From an uncultured Fibrobacterota bacterium (lineage in GTDB: Bacteria; Fibrobacterota; Chitinivibrionia; Chitinivibrionales; FEN-1185): a stretch of DNA of 64,000 nucleotides. The notes under the pieces were generated by a model that had not been told where the DNA came from, did no database searches, and saw only the letters and a list, made by a program, of their open reading frames with translations. Numbering within the stretch: position 1 is the stretch's first letter; every line of letters starts with the position of its first letter. The stretch is from contig CAVWBU010000048.1 of the NCBI GenBank assembly GCA_963753345.1, positions 1 through 64,000 of the forward strand. The letters run 5' to 3'. The position numbers and the translations under genes were made by a program. Below are positions 1-9,628 of the stretch, piece after piece.

Positions 1-325
1 AACCACAAAACAAATCAACGCAATACGGCAACGCAATTATTACGATCATATCATCCGTGACGACAAATCCAATAATGTTATTTGTCAATACCTCCGGAAT
101 AATCCCGCCAATGGGGCGACCGATTCCGAGCACCACTTGAAAAATGAAATTGAGACGCGGCAGCAGACCCAACCACAAGGAGCATTTCTTCTTGCTTTTT
201 GTCCGCAAATGTCGTTATTTTATGCACAGCTTGTCCGCGAACAGGATGGGCGAAACTGTTGAAAGGTCGGGAATTTCGTCAACTGCCAGGGAAAAATCCT
301 TGCCGTATTTTCCACTTTCAAAAAA

Positions 326-1747
326 TTGAAATACCTACCCATTGTGGACAAAAAGCGCCTCTATCTGATCAATCCCTATAACCCGCTCGTGAGCGTTGTT
401 AAAAGTAAGTTGAATCGGTGGAATCAATATACCGTTTGGAAGCCTCTGGGCCTTTTGATCGTTGCCGGGTTGACGCCGCGTGAATGGGAAACGGTTATTA
501 TTGACGAAAACATACAACCGCCCGATTACACAACTATGCCTGCTCCCGATCTGGTCGGCATTACGGCGTTTACATCGCAGGCCGATCGGGCCTGCGACCT
601 GGCGAAGGAGTTCCGAAGCCGGGGAATTCCCGTGGTGATGGGGGGTATTCATGCGACCATGCGCCCGTCCGAAGCGGCCGGGTGGGTCGATTCCGTCGTC
701 ACCGGTGAGGCCGAAAGCGTATGGCAAACGGTCATCGATGATTTTGGGAAAGGAGTGCTTAAGCCGGTCTACAACGGCACGCAAATCAATCTGAACGCGG
801 CGCCGATCGCACGACACGATTTATTGCCTTCCGGGTATAAGTTCGGCTCGATCCAGACCACTCGCGGATGTCCTCTCTCCTGTAATTTTTGCAGCGTTAC
901 CGTGTTTAACGGGAGGCACTACCGGCACCGCCCGATATCCCATGTCGTTCAGGAATACCGGTCGATCCGTGAAAAATTGGTTCTTATCGTCGATGACAAC
1001 TTCATCGGCACACGAACAGACCACATCTCACGCGCCAAGGAACTTTTGCATGCGATAATCGATTCGGGGGTCCGCAAAAAGTGGATAGCGCAGGTCACCA
1101 TCAATTTCGGCGACGATGAGGAACTCCTGACCCTTGCATCCAAGGCCGGTTGTGTCGGCGTTTTCATCGGATTCGAATCGATATCGGCGGAAGGACTCAA
1201 GGAAATCCACAAGCCGTTCAATATCCGCAAGCTCCATGAAATAAAAGCCGGGATCCGGCGCATTCACCGCCACGGCATCGCCGTAGTCGGATCGTTCATT
1301 ATCGGTCTCGATATTGACAAAAAACACATCGGCAAAGAGATCGCCGCAACCGCGAAGCATTACGGTCTGGATGCGCTCAATGTCATGTTTCTTACTCCGC
1401 TCCCGGGCACTCGACTCTGGGATGAAATGGAAGCAGCGGGCCGTATCACTCTCAAGAGTTTTCCCCATGATTGGAGATACTATACCCTTACCTTTCCCGT
1501 CGCCCGCTATAACCACCTTACGTGGAGCGAAATGTTGGCCGAAAAAGAGGCGTGTTACCGCTCCTTCTATACCTATGCCGGGATTCTGCGCCGTGTTTAC
1601 GGCAGCATTTGTCAGATGCGCAATCCTTTTATTACCCTGTTGAGCAATTTATGGTATCGGAATAACACGCTCCGTCTGGATTGCGCGGCGTATGAAGGGT
1701 TCTCGCTGGCGCCCGGCGCCGTGCCCATGGAAGAAATCGTGACCTAA
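326..1747 (+). CDS. B12-binding domain radical SAM protein
   Basis: N-terminal cobalamin-binding-like domain (PLGLLIVAGLTP, VVMGGIHAT, VVTGEAE) followed by CxxxCxxC (RGCPLSCNFC), DDNF, GFES and TPLPGT. Start codon uncertain (TTG 326 or GTG 344). Confidence 0.9.
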   Translation: MKYLPIVDKKRLYLINPYNPLVSVVKSKLNRWNQYTVWKPLGLLIVAGLTPREWETVIIDENIQPPDYTTMPAPDLVGITAFTSQADRACDLAKEFRSRGIPVVMGGIHATMRPSEAAGWVDSVVTGEAESVWQTVIDDFGKGVLKPVYNGTQINLNAAPIARHDLLPSGYKFGSIQTTRGCPLSCNFCSVTVFNGRHYRHRPISHVVQEYRSIREKLVLIVDDNFIGTRTDHISRAKELLHAIIDSGVRKKWIAQVTINFGDDEELLTLASKAGCVGVFIGFESISAEGLKEIHKPFNIRKLHEIKAGIRRIHRHGIAVVGSFIIGLDIDKKHIGKEIAATAKHYGLDALNVMFLTPLPGTRLWDEMEAAGRITLKSFPHDWRYYTLTFPVARYNHLTWSEMLAEKEACYRSFYTYAGILRRVYGSICQMRNPFITLLSNLWYRNNTLRLDCAAYEGFSLAPGAVPMEEIVT

Positions 1748-1986
1748 AATGCGGGCGTCCAGATAATCCCCGGTCGTTCCCTCACGGGTGCAAAACCATG
1801 GTGACGGCGGTGCACCGGGCATGGATTCCGCAAGGGATTTCCCGGAATACGCTTTTCAGAGTGTTGAACCTTCCAATTCCCGACGTACTATCCCTTGTTG
1901 ACTACCTGCGCAAACGGTCGAAATAATTCTCTTTCGACCTTCGGCTTCGATCGCCATCACCGGCCCCACATATATTGATATGAAGG

Positions 1987-2412
1987 ATGGAATTCATGAA
2001 TGTGGGGAGTCCCTGCGTATCTGTTGATCCCGAAGCTTGTGTTATTTTCCCCGCAAGCGACTTGCCTTTTGATAATTTGGTGAAGGCCTGGCTGTCCGAC
2101 AACCCCACGTACCACGCGGTATCAAAAGACGAAGCGTATCGATTGGCAACATTTCGAAACTTCGGCGTCACCGGCACGGGCACCAGTCCGAACCTTGAAC
2201 TGCTGGCGGCCCTCGCCTCCAGACAATTGAAATGCCCGAAATGCGGGCGTTCGGTCAGCGCAACGGAAAACTACAAGGCACGATTTACTGATAGTCCACA
2301 GCCTGCAGGACAACCAATCAGACAGTTTGTCGGCGATGAGGTAACATTGGTTTGTTACAAATGCGGTTCCGAGAACAGAGTCGGCAATTGGAGAGACCAT
2401 CTCAAGGGATAG
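1987..2412 (+). CDS. Hypothetical protein with C-terminal zinc-ribbon-like CxxC pairs
   Basis: 141-aa ORF with CPKC...CYKC; no other recognisable family. Confidence 0.55.
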   Translation: MEFMNVGSPCVSVDPEACVIFPASDLPFDNLVKAWLSDNPTYHAVSKDEAYRLATFRNFGVTGTGTSPNLELLAALASRQLKCPKCGRSVSATENYKARFTDSPQPAGQPIRQFVGDEVTLVCYKCGSENRVGNWRDHLKG

Positions 2413-2523
2413 GCACCTCCATTCCACTTGATATTTATCAGGGGTGCTTTCTCGAAATGCAAAAAAACTTTTTTATTGTCTGATTGCCTCACGGCCGCCC
2501 CCATCACGGCAAGATCGGATACG

Positions 2524-3384
2524 ATGAAGAAATCCCAGGTCCTTCCGGAAGAAAATTCCCTCGCCCTTTATTTCAAAGAAATCGGCAAGAACAAAACCCT
2601 TCCCGCCGAAGAGGAAGCCCAGACGGCCCGGCGCATCCACAAGGGAGACAGGAACGCGCTCGAAAAACTGGTGAAGGCAAATCTCAGGTTTGCCGTTTCG
2701 GTGGCCCGCAATTATCAGAACCAGGGCCTGCCCCTTTCCGATCTTATCCACGAGGGAAACCTCGGCCTCATCCGGGCTGCCCAGCGGTTCGACGAAACAA
2801 AGAATTTTAAGTTCATTTCCTATGCGGTGTGGTGGATACGCCAGGGAATTCTGCAGGCGCTGGCCCAGCAGTCGCGTATTGTCAAGCTTCCCCTCAATCG
2901 GGTGGGCACCATCTACAAGATCGGCAAGGCTCAGCGCAAGCTCGAACAACAATATCGCCGGATACCCACCATGGAGGAAATCGCGCGCGAGCTTGAAATT
3001 GACACAGAAGAAGTTTGGGAAACCACGAGGATCGGCAACACCCACGTATCGCTCGACGCTCCGCTCCTGCAGGGTGAAGACAACAATCGCCTCGACTTGC
3101 TTCAGTACGAAAACCAGGAGCTTCCCGACAACTGCATGATGGAGATTTCGCTCCATTTGGAGATCAACCGGATCCTCGACACCCTCGCCTGCCGCGAGAA
3201 AGAGGTCATCAAGCTCTATTTCGGCATCGGCGAGGAAATAGCGCTCACCCTTGACCAAATCGGCCTGCGGTTCAACCTCACCCGCGAACGAATTCGCCAG
3301 ATCAAACAAAAAGCCCTCCGCAGGCTCAGGCATTCCTCCCGTTCCCAGCGGCTTACCATGGACAGGGTGGATCTGCCACAATAA
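2524..3384 (+). CDS. RNA polymerase sigma-70 factor, RpoD/SigA-like, lacking region 1.1
   Basis: Region 1.2 (LALYFKEIGK), region 2 (LVKANLRFAVSVA, DLIHEGNLGLIRA, KFISYAVWWIRQ) and region 4 (TLDQIG..FNLTRERIRQI). ATG at 2524 preferred to the TTG at 2428. Confidence 0.93.
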   Translation: MKKSQVLPEENSLALYFKEIGKNKTLPAEEEAQTARRIHKGDRNALEKLVKANLRFAVSVARNYQNQGLPLSDLIHEGNLGLIRAAQRFDETKNFKFISYAVWWIRQGILQALAQQSRIVKLPLNRVGTIYKIGKAQRKLEQQYRRIPTMEEIARELEIDTEEVWETTRIGNTHVSLDAPLLQGEDNNRLDLLQYENQELPDNCMMEISLHLEINRILDTLACREKEVIKLYFGIGEEIALTLDQIGLRFNLTRERIRQIKQKALRRLRHSSRSQRLTMDRVDLPQ

Positions 3385-3402
3385 GGCTCGTTTAAATAAA
3401 TG

Positions 3403-3570
3403 TCTTCTTGGTGGGGGAGGTGTCCCCCTGGCCCCCGGCTTCCGTCGCCGTACAACCCCATCGTCAAAATGCAGCGTCGACGGCGATCCGGGGGCACACC
3501 CCCTCCTGGGTGGCCGCCTTGACAAAGCAGCCGCAAAACCATGCATTGCTGTGGCGGCACCCACGAAGAG
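3403..3570 (-). repeat. Structured dispersed repeat, family B copy 1
   Basis: Shares TTGGTGGGGGARGTGTCCCCCT, GGCTTCCG..CGCC, CCCCCTC(C/G)TGGGT and GGCACC blocks with 15411-15588 and partly with 21023-21157. Strand assigned from the GA-rich strand and similarity to family A. Confidence 0.8.
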
Positions 3571-3586
3571 TAGTTGAGACACAAAG

Positions 3587-5452
3587 CTATCGTACCACAA
3601 TAACTCTTTGAAACGCGGTGACGCCGATCTCTTTCAGAAGATATACCCCGGGTTGGAAGAGAGTATTGACATCCATGCGTCTGCCTGACAAATCGTAAAC
3701 CGCTGCATTGCCATTGTTGCGCAAGAACCTGCTTAATTGTGCCACCTTGACCGGATTCGGCAGCATCGCCCATGCGAAATGGCGTCTGTTGGCGCCTGGA
3801 GTGAATGCACCCTTTATTCCCGCTGCAGTGTACTGATACGCGCCCACGTCCCAGTTCCCCTGGCCTGCCGCCGGGCGGGCCTTTCCGTTAATGTCAACGC
3901 CCATGCCCGGCAGCGCGTAGCCCGCGTCAAACATGTTCTGGCCGTGGCCGACAAGCCAGGAACCGCTCACCGGCACCCCGTTGGCATCCACAATGGTGAG
4001 GGGGCCGGGGTCTGCCATGGAATTCGCATCGCAGTTGCAGGCTGATTTCCATGTTGTAAAGTTGCTCACATCCACCCCGAACCCCCAGAAGGCGTTGTAG
4101 GAATTGGTGTAATACCCGTAGAACTCGTGGTCGGGCAAGTGGGTCCAGGTGTCCGACGCAGACCCTCCGATAAGCGTGTTCTCGCCGCTGGAAAGATTGT
4201 TGCGGATGTCCAGCCCAGACGAGTTGACTTGCGGGAGCCCCGAGACGCCGCCCAGCCCCGCGCCGCCGAACCAGAACACGCTCGCGCCCGCCTCGGGGTC
4301 GTTGCCGATCATGGTGTTGTTGAAGATAACGGCCGGGCCCGTCACCCCGAACAGAATGTGCGTGCGCGGCGGGTTGTCGGTGCACCGGAACAGATTGCCG
4401 TAGATAAACGCGTTGGGAGTGGAAAAGAGTTGCGTCCAGGGCGTGCGGCCGGTGTTGTCATACCCTCCCTCCAGAAAGATGTGCTCGTTGAAGTTCCCGC
4501 CGCAATCCCCGTCGAAACGATTGTTGTAAACGTAAAGGCCGGTAAACGATCCCCACTTCGTCCCTCCGCTGAGCAGCGCGGAATTCCAGGAGTGGATGCC
4601 GTCGTGATGGAACATGTTGTTCTGTGTGTCCCAGTTGGAGTAATCGTGGACGTAATTGTCGTGGAAGTAATCGTTTTTCGCCGTGCCCGTGGTGGCGCTC
4701 GCAAGAGTAAAGCCGTGGTCGATGTTGTAGAACTCGTTGTGGTCGATTTCGTTGTTCGTGTCGCCCGCGTTGTAGCCGTGCGACAGCGCCCAGCGGATGT
4801 CGTGGAACACGTTGTGGTCCACCCGCCAGTTGCTCCCGCTTACCACCAGCCCGTTGTTGCCGTCCATGTCGTTCTCATCGCTGGTTGACGTATGGACATA
4901 CACGTTGCGGATGATCAGGTTCTTTACTTCACAATTGTCGCAGTTGTACATGGCCAGGCCCAGGCTCCACTGATGGTTGTTGAGCGTGGTCCCGTTGTCG
5001 GTGTTCTCGATGATGCCGCTGGGGCTCCCCTGCGCCGTGGTACCGCCGTCGATCACCAGCCATGAATTGCCGCTAGAAAAGATGGCCCCGCCCGCAAACC
5101 CCGGGTCGTTGTTGAACGCCGGCGATTGGAAAACAGCGCCGGGCTCAAACCGGATTGTAATGGGACTTCCCGCAGTGCCGCTTCCATGCACGACCAGGCC
5201 CGAGCCGTTGAGAGCAATTGCGAACGTCCCGCACAGGTGCACGGTATCACCGGGTCCAATCTTTCCCGCGCCGCTCCCCCAGTTCGCCGCGGCATTGATC
5301 CAGGCAAGATCATGCGGATTGGCCGCGCTGCTGCCGTCGCCGGTGCCCTGGCTGGTCTGGGCGACGTAGATATTTTCGGCGGATGAGATGTTGACAATGA
5401 GGATTCCGGCCAGGAATGAGGTGATGAACAGGAGAGGAAGCGTTTGTTTCAT
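3587..5452 (-). CDS. Secreted right-handed beta-helix protein with choice-of-anchor-Q-like motif and T9SS-like C-terminal domain
   Basis: Signal peptide (MKQTLPLLFITSFLAG), Asn-rich repeats (DHNVFH, DHNEFY, HDNYVH, YNNRF), DINGKARP..WDVGAYQY, and C-terminal VYDLSGR..PGVYLL. RBS GGAGG precedes the ATG at 5452. Confidence 0.75.
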   Translation of the reverse strand: MKQTLPLLFITSFLAGILIVNISSAENIYVAQTSQGTGDGSSAANPHDLAWINAAANWGSGAGKIGPGDTVHLCGTFAIALNGSGLVVHGSGTAGSPITIRFEPGAVFQSPAFNNDPGFAGGAIFSSGNSWLVIDGGTTAQGSPSGIIENTDNGTTLNNHQWSLGLAMYNCDNCEVKNLIIRNVYVHTSTSDENDMDGNNGLVVSGSNWRVDHNVFHDIRWALSHGYNAGDTNNEIDHNEFYNIDHGFTLASATTGTAKNDYFHDNYVHDYSNWDTQNNMFHHDGIHSWNSALLSGGTKWGSFTGLYVYNNRFDGDCGGNFNEHIFLEGGYDNTGRTPWTQLFSTPNAFIYGNLFRCTDNPPRTHILFGVTGPAVIFNNTMIGNDPEAGASVFWFGGAGLGGVSGLPQVNSSGLDIRNNLSSGENTLIGGSASDTWTHLPDHEFYGYYTNSYNAFWGFGVDVSNFTTWKSACNCDANSMADPGPLTIVDANGVPVSGSWLVGHGQNMFDAGYALPGMGVDINGKARPAAGQGNWDVGAYQYTAAGIKGAFTPGANRRHFAWAMLPNPVKVAQLSRFLRNNGNAAVYDLSGRRMDVNTLFQPGVYLLKEIGVTAFQRVIVVR

Positions 5453-5491
5453 TTGATCCTCCATTATGAATTGGCATAGCAAGAAAAGACT

Positions 5492-5513
5492 TTGGGCGCC
5501 CCGCTGCTTCGCA
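5492..5513 (-). repeat. Truncated 3' end of a family A repeat
   Basis: Reverse complement TGCGAAGCAGCGGGGCGCCCAA is identical to the 3' end of the copy ending at 28213. Confidence 0.7.
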
Positions 5514-5574
5514 ATTGATATGGTATTTGCCTGACAATTGACTTCCACAATTAATATAAAGAATTAAATGCCTT

Positions 5575-5656
5575 TGGGAGCTTCGCGGGGTGCGGCGTGG
5601 TTGGGCCGGTGGCAAGACCGGAGCACCCGTTGCGCGCACCCTTGGAGCGGCAGTTG
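5575..5656. repeat. Degenerate partial family B-like repeat
   Basis: GGGTGCG...CGCACCC stem with flanks resembling the second domain of family B; orientation ambiguous. Confidence 0.4.
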
Positions 5657-5923
5657 TGAAGCAAGGATATTGTATCCATTCAAGCCTGCATCTGCATTAC
5701 GCCAGGCTGGTCGATCCCCTTCCTCAATCCCTTCCAATTTCACCTTCAAAGTATACCATCCATTTGCTCGACTTTGCATCTCATCCGTCAAAAGCCTCCC
5801 CGGTGGGGGAGGTTGAATCATATATGCGGCCTTGCTATCCAAAGACCAAGAGCTGGACGACCTTCGAGAGGTTAATACTATTTTAGGATTGTACCCTGTG
5901 GTTTCCAGAAAGCCGATTCATCC

Positions 5924-8900
5924 ATGCTTCTTCTCCACTTCGCCCCGTCTCTGGACAATCTTGTCCCGGTGCTCCTTTCGGACCTGCGGCAGGTGTGGAA
6001 AGACCCTTTTGCCCCGCCTGACGTGATCGTGCCCAGCCCGGCACTCGGTAAATGGCTCCGCATGCGTCTTGCCGATGGCAGAGTGCCTTCCGGCGAAAAC
6101 AGTGATGGGCCTTCCCCGCTCGGATGCGTAGCAAACCTCGAAATGCAGACGCTTGAGCGCTTTCTGTGGAGCGCGCTCTCGCCCGATGCGGACATGGAAC
6201 TGCTCGACGTGGAGCGTCTCGGACATGTGGTGTTCGGCCTTCTTGACAAACAGCTTCTCCAGGAGGAAATCTACGGGCCTTTGCGCAACTATCTCGAGGC
6301 GCAGGACGATAATGACCCGGACCCGCTCAAGCGCGTGCAGCTTTCTTCCAGGATCGCCCGCCAGTTCCTCGAATACGAGTTCAACAGGCCGAGCGTCTGG
6401 GACGAGGCAAAACACACGTGGCGGTCCCGCGGCATTGACGCGTGCTGGCTGTCCGGAACGAATTATGCCAAAGACAGCAGTAATCACGAACAATGGCAGA
6501 AAGACCTTTACCGCAGGGCCGATAAATTTATTTCATTGTCAGCGCAGGACGGCGCTCACCTTCTGTCCCTGCCGCGCCTCTACCGGTTGCGCAGGGAAAA
6601 AGGCCTGCCAAACGGGCCGTGGGCTGTTTCGCCAAGGAACATTTTTTTGTTCGGCGTCACCAAGGTAAGCCACTTCCACCGCAACGTGCTTGTCGAAATC
6701 TCCCAGATGGACAAGGTCACGCTCGATGTCTTTCTCACCAACCCGTGCGCCGAGTTCTGGGAAGACGTCGACACGCGGCGCAGCCGCAGCGTGCGGCGTT
6801 CGTGGAAATCCGATTCCGCAAAGAAGGACGCGGCCATTGCCACGCGTGGGCCGGACGATTACAAACAGGAGAACCTTGACTTTGCGAACCTGCCGGACGA
6901 CCACCCGCTCCTTGAGCTGTGGGGCGAGGCGGGAAAGGAAAACATATTCTTGTGGTGCCCGCAGGCGCAGTGGAACTTCGAGTATCACAGCCCGGGCTGG
7001 GCGGATTCCGGAGAAACGCCGGCCACGCTGCTTAAAGCCGCGCAGTACTCGCTTCTGCGCGGCCAGAGCGATTTACCTAAATGTAAACACGGATGGACAT
7101 CCGACGGCTCGCTGCTCATGCTCGCCTGCCCGGACCGCGGCCGTGAAATCGAGGAACTGCGTGAACAGATTCTCGATATGGTAAGCGCGGGGAAAATCGA
7201 CACGCTCAACGAGGCGGTGGTCTACCTTCCCAACCCAGCCGAATACGCGGCGCACATCCAGCGCGTGTTCGGCGCATTCCGTCCCGGCGAGCCAGGCCAC
7301 ATCCCTTTTAGTATTCTCGCCGCGCCCGGCAGCGACAGCGTTTTTTCCCAGGGAATGCGCGTTTTTCTCGAACTCGCGGCCGGACCGTTCGACCGGCCCC
7401 GGGTTTTCTCGTTTCTGGACAACCCGATCGTTCGAGCCAGCCTGGAAATTTCCGAGGAAGACATCAACGCCTGGGAACGCTGGGCAGAGGCGCTGGGCAT
7501 CTTTCGCGGTTTCGACCGCGCCCACCGCGAACAGATGGGCGATGTCGGCGAGGCGGCGAGCGACGCCCATACCTTTGAGCTCGGCATGGCACGCATGCTT
7601 GTCGGCGACCTGGCGGCCGGGCCCGTGGAGCTTGACTACCTGCTTCTTGACAACAAGGACGATGGTCCGGCCCGTATTCCTCCCTATCGCGACTTCGACA
7701 CCGCGGAACGCGGCAGACTGGAGAAGTTTTGCTTTGCCGTTGAGCAGCTTCACCGCGACTGCGCCGGCCTTAAAACCGCCGCGGAGGCCGGAGACGGCGC
7801 CCCTGTCGCTGTGCTCACGGAGATTACCCGGCGCTGGTTCGGCACCATCCCCGACAGCGGTGCTGTGGACGCGGGCGCTGCAGACGCGGGCGCTGTAGAC
7901 GCCCGCGCCGAGGCGAGGGTGCTTCGGGAATTTCTCGATTCCCTTCAGTCAATTTTGCCGTTTCAGCGCGCTTCGCTCTCCTCCGGCAACGGCATGTTCC
8001 GGGAGGTTCTCGCCCTTGCCGCATCCTGCCTGCCCGGCGAGCTTGCCGGCGGATCGGCCGCGTGGACCGGAGGCATAACGTTTGCGCCTTTGCGGCCGGC
8101 CATGATCGTGCCGCACAGAGTGGTCTTTGCCGCAGGGCTCGGCGCAACGGCATTCCCCGGCACGGCGGACAGGCCCAGCTGGGACTTGCTCGCGCACCGG
8201 CGCATCATGGGCGATTCGGACCCGGTGCGCGACAACCGTTTCGCGTTTCTGGAACTCCTTCACGCTGCGCGTGAACGGCTCGTGCTGTCGTTTGTGTCGC
8301 GCGACATGCAGAAGGAGCAGGATTTGCAGCCGTCAAGCGTGGTGCTTGAGCTCGAGGCGTATCTTGCGCACCAGACACCGGCGGTGAACAGCCGCAGGGA
8401 CATTCCCTGGATCGTCCACGAATCGCTCGACGACATTTGCAGGAGCGGCCGGCCGCACGGAACCTGGGACCCGGTCGGACTTTCGCTGGCGCGGCTTGCC
8501 GCAGAGCCGGGCCGCACGCTGCACCGCCACGATCTTCCGCGTGTGCAGGCGGCCTCCGGAATTCCGCCGGTTTCTTCCGCTGCCGCACTTCGGACAAACA
8601 TTTTCAACCTGCGGAAGTTCTTCGCCAATCCGCTTGAATATCATCTGTCAAGAACGCTCGGCATCGAGATCGACGAGGAGCCTGCCACGGCCGACGCATC
8701 GGACGAGCCGCTGGAATCGGGCGCTTTGGGAGTCTCGTCGCTTGAGAAGGACATCTGGAAGGAGCTTCTCCAAAGAGTGTTCCCGCCCGAGAAAAAGGAC
8801 GAGGTTTGCGGTCTTGAGCAATTGACGGAGCACGCGCAGGCGATTGCAGCGCGAGAGTACGCCGACCATGTGGCGTCAGGCAATTCTCCCGAAGCGCAAT

Positions 8901-9628
8901 TTCTGAGCATGGAGCGGCAGAAGCTTCTGCAATGGGCCGTCCTTTGCGCCGAAGCAACGTTTCGGCTCAGGAAACAATTTCCCGATCATGTTCTCGCGGT
9001 CAATACCGACCTGTCGCTGGGACGTGCGGGCGCATCCGGCGAACTTCGCCTAACCTTGCGGAGCGGCGCGGCATGCCTCATCGAGTGCAGGCACGGTCTG
9101 GCGCTTGTTCCGAGAAAACCGGAAAAAGCCTGCGGCTGCGTTGCCCTTGTCGACTTCAAAAAGGATGGCAATGCCGCGGACAACCCTGGCCTGTGGCTGA
9201 GCGGCGTTTTGCAATGGATTACCGGAAAGGACAACAGCGACGGCCTCAACATCTCGCTTGTCCAGCTCAACCGGGGTGAGGGGAAAAGCAGGATGCCCGG
9301 AGTTGATTGCGCAGACATGAAGGAGAACTGCGAAGGCGACCACGACATAAAGGCATGGCTTACGGCCCTGCTGCAAACCATGCTGGTTGACAGATGCAGC
9401 GACCACCTGCCTTTTGCATCGGTCCAGGTGCTTTACAAAGACGACTGGAATAACGTGACCGCAGATGCGCTTTCGGAAGAGCTCGAAAGTAGGCATACAA
9501 AGTATCGTTGCTACCAAGAGGCATTTTCGCTTGTTGACGCGCGCGTACCCCAGGCGGACGATCCGGAACTGCGCGGTCTTGCAAAAGCCCGCTTCGGCCC
9601 CATGCTTGAGAGGTGGGTCCATGAATGA
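5924..9628 (+). CDS. recC: Exodeoxyribonuclease V gamma subunit
   Basis: 1234 aa; DPFAPPDVIVPSPALGKWL, NPCAEFW, HPLLELWG, REIEELR, QPSSVV and FFANP motifs; first gene of a recC-recB-recD cluster. Confidence 0.92.
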   Translation: MLLLHFAPSLDNLVPVLLSDLRQVWKDPFAPPDVIVPSPALGKWLRMRLADGRVPSGENSDGPSPLGCVANLEMQTLERFLWSALSPDADMELLDVERLGHVVFGLLDKQLLQEEIYGPLRNYLEAQDDNDPDPLKRVQLSSRIARQFLEYEFNRPSVWDEAKHTWRSRGIDACWLSGTNYAKDSSNHEQWQKDLYRRADKFISLSAQDGAHLLSLPRLYRLRREKGLPNGPWAVSPRNIFLFGVTKVSHFHRNVLVEISQMDKVTLDVFLTNPCAEFWEDVDTRRSRSVRRSWKSDSAKKDAAIATRGPDDYKQENLDFANLPDDHPLLELWGEAGKENIFLWCPQAQWNFEYHSPGWADSGETPATLLKAAQYSLLRGQSDLPKCKHGWTSDGSLLMLACPDRGREIEELREQILDMVSAGKIDTLNEAVVYLPNPAEYAAHIQRVFGAFRPGEPGHIPFSILAAPGSDSVFSQGMRVFLELAAGPFDRPRVFSFLDNPIVRASLEISEEDINAWERWAEALGIFRGFDRAHREQMGDVGEAASDAHTFELGMARMLVGDLAAGPVELDYLLLDNKDDGPARIPPYRDFDTAERGRLEKFCFAVEQLHRDCAGLKTAAEAGDGAPVAVLTEITRRWFGTIPDSGAVDAGAADAGAVDARAEARVLREFLDSLQSILPFQRASLSSGNGMFREVLALAASCLPGELAGGSAAWTGGITFAPLRPAMIVPHRVVFAAGLGATAFPGTADRPSWDLLAHRRIMGDSDPVRDNRFAFLELLHAARERLVLSFVSRDMQKEQDLQPSSVVLELEAYLAHQTPAVNSRRDIPWIVHESLDDICRSGRPHGTWDPVGLSLARLAAEPGRTLHRHDLPRVQAASGIPPVSSAAALRTNIFNLRKFFANPLEYHLSRTLGIEIDEEPATADASDEPLESGALGVSSLEKDIWKELLQRVFPPEKKDEVCGLEQLTEHAQAIAAREYADHVASGNSPEAQFLSMERQKLLQWAVLCAEATFRLRKQFPDHVLAVNTDLSLGRAGASGELRLTLRSGAACLIECRHGLALVPRKPEKACGCVALVDFKKDGNAADNPGLWLSGVLQWITGKDNSDGLNISLVQLNRGEGKSRMPGVDCADMKENCEGDHDIKAWLTALLQTMLVDRCSDHLPFASVQVLYKDDWNNVTADALSEELESRHTKYRCYQEAFSLVDARVPQADDPELRGLAKARFGPMLERWVHE

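Noticed and set aside
1-95. Possible start of a minus-strand gene (GGAGG then TTG at 88)
   Set aside because: Only about 29 codons are visible and the RBS spacing is short; cannot be supported.
5564-5842. 92-aa minus-strand ORF with YTLKVKLEGIE..PAWR, faintly like the pRiA4b ORF-3 N-terminus
   Set aside because: Similarity is limited to a few residues and both ends run into palindromic repeats; at most a remnant.
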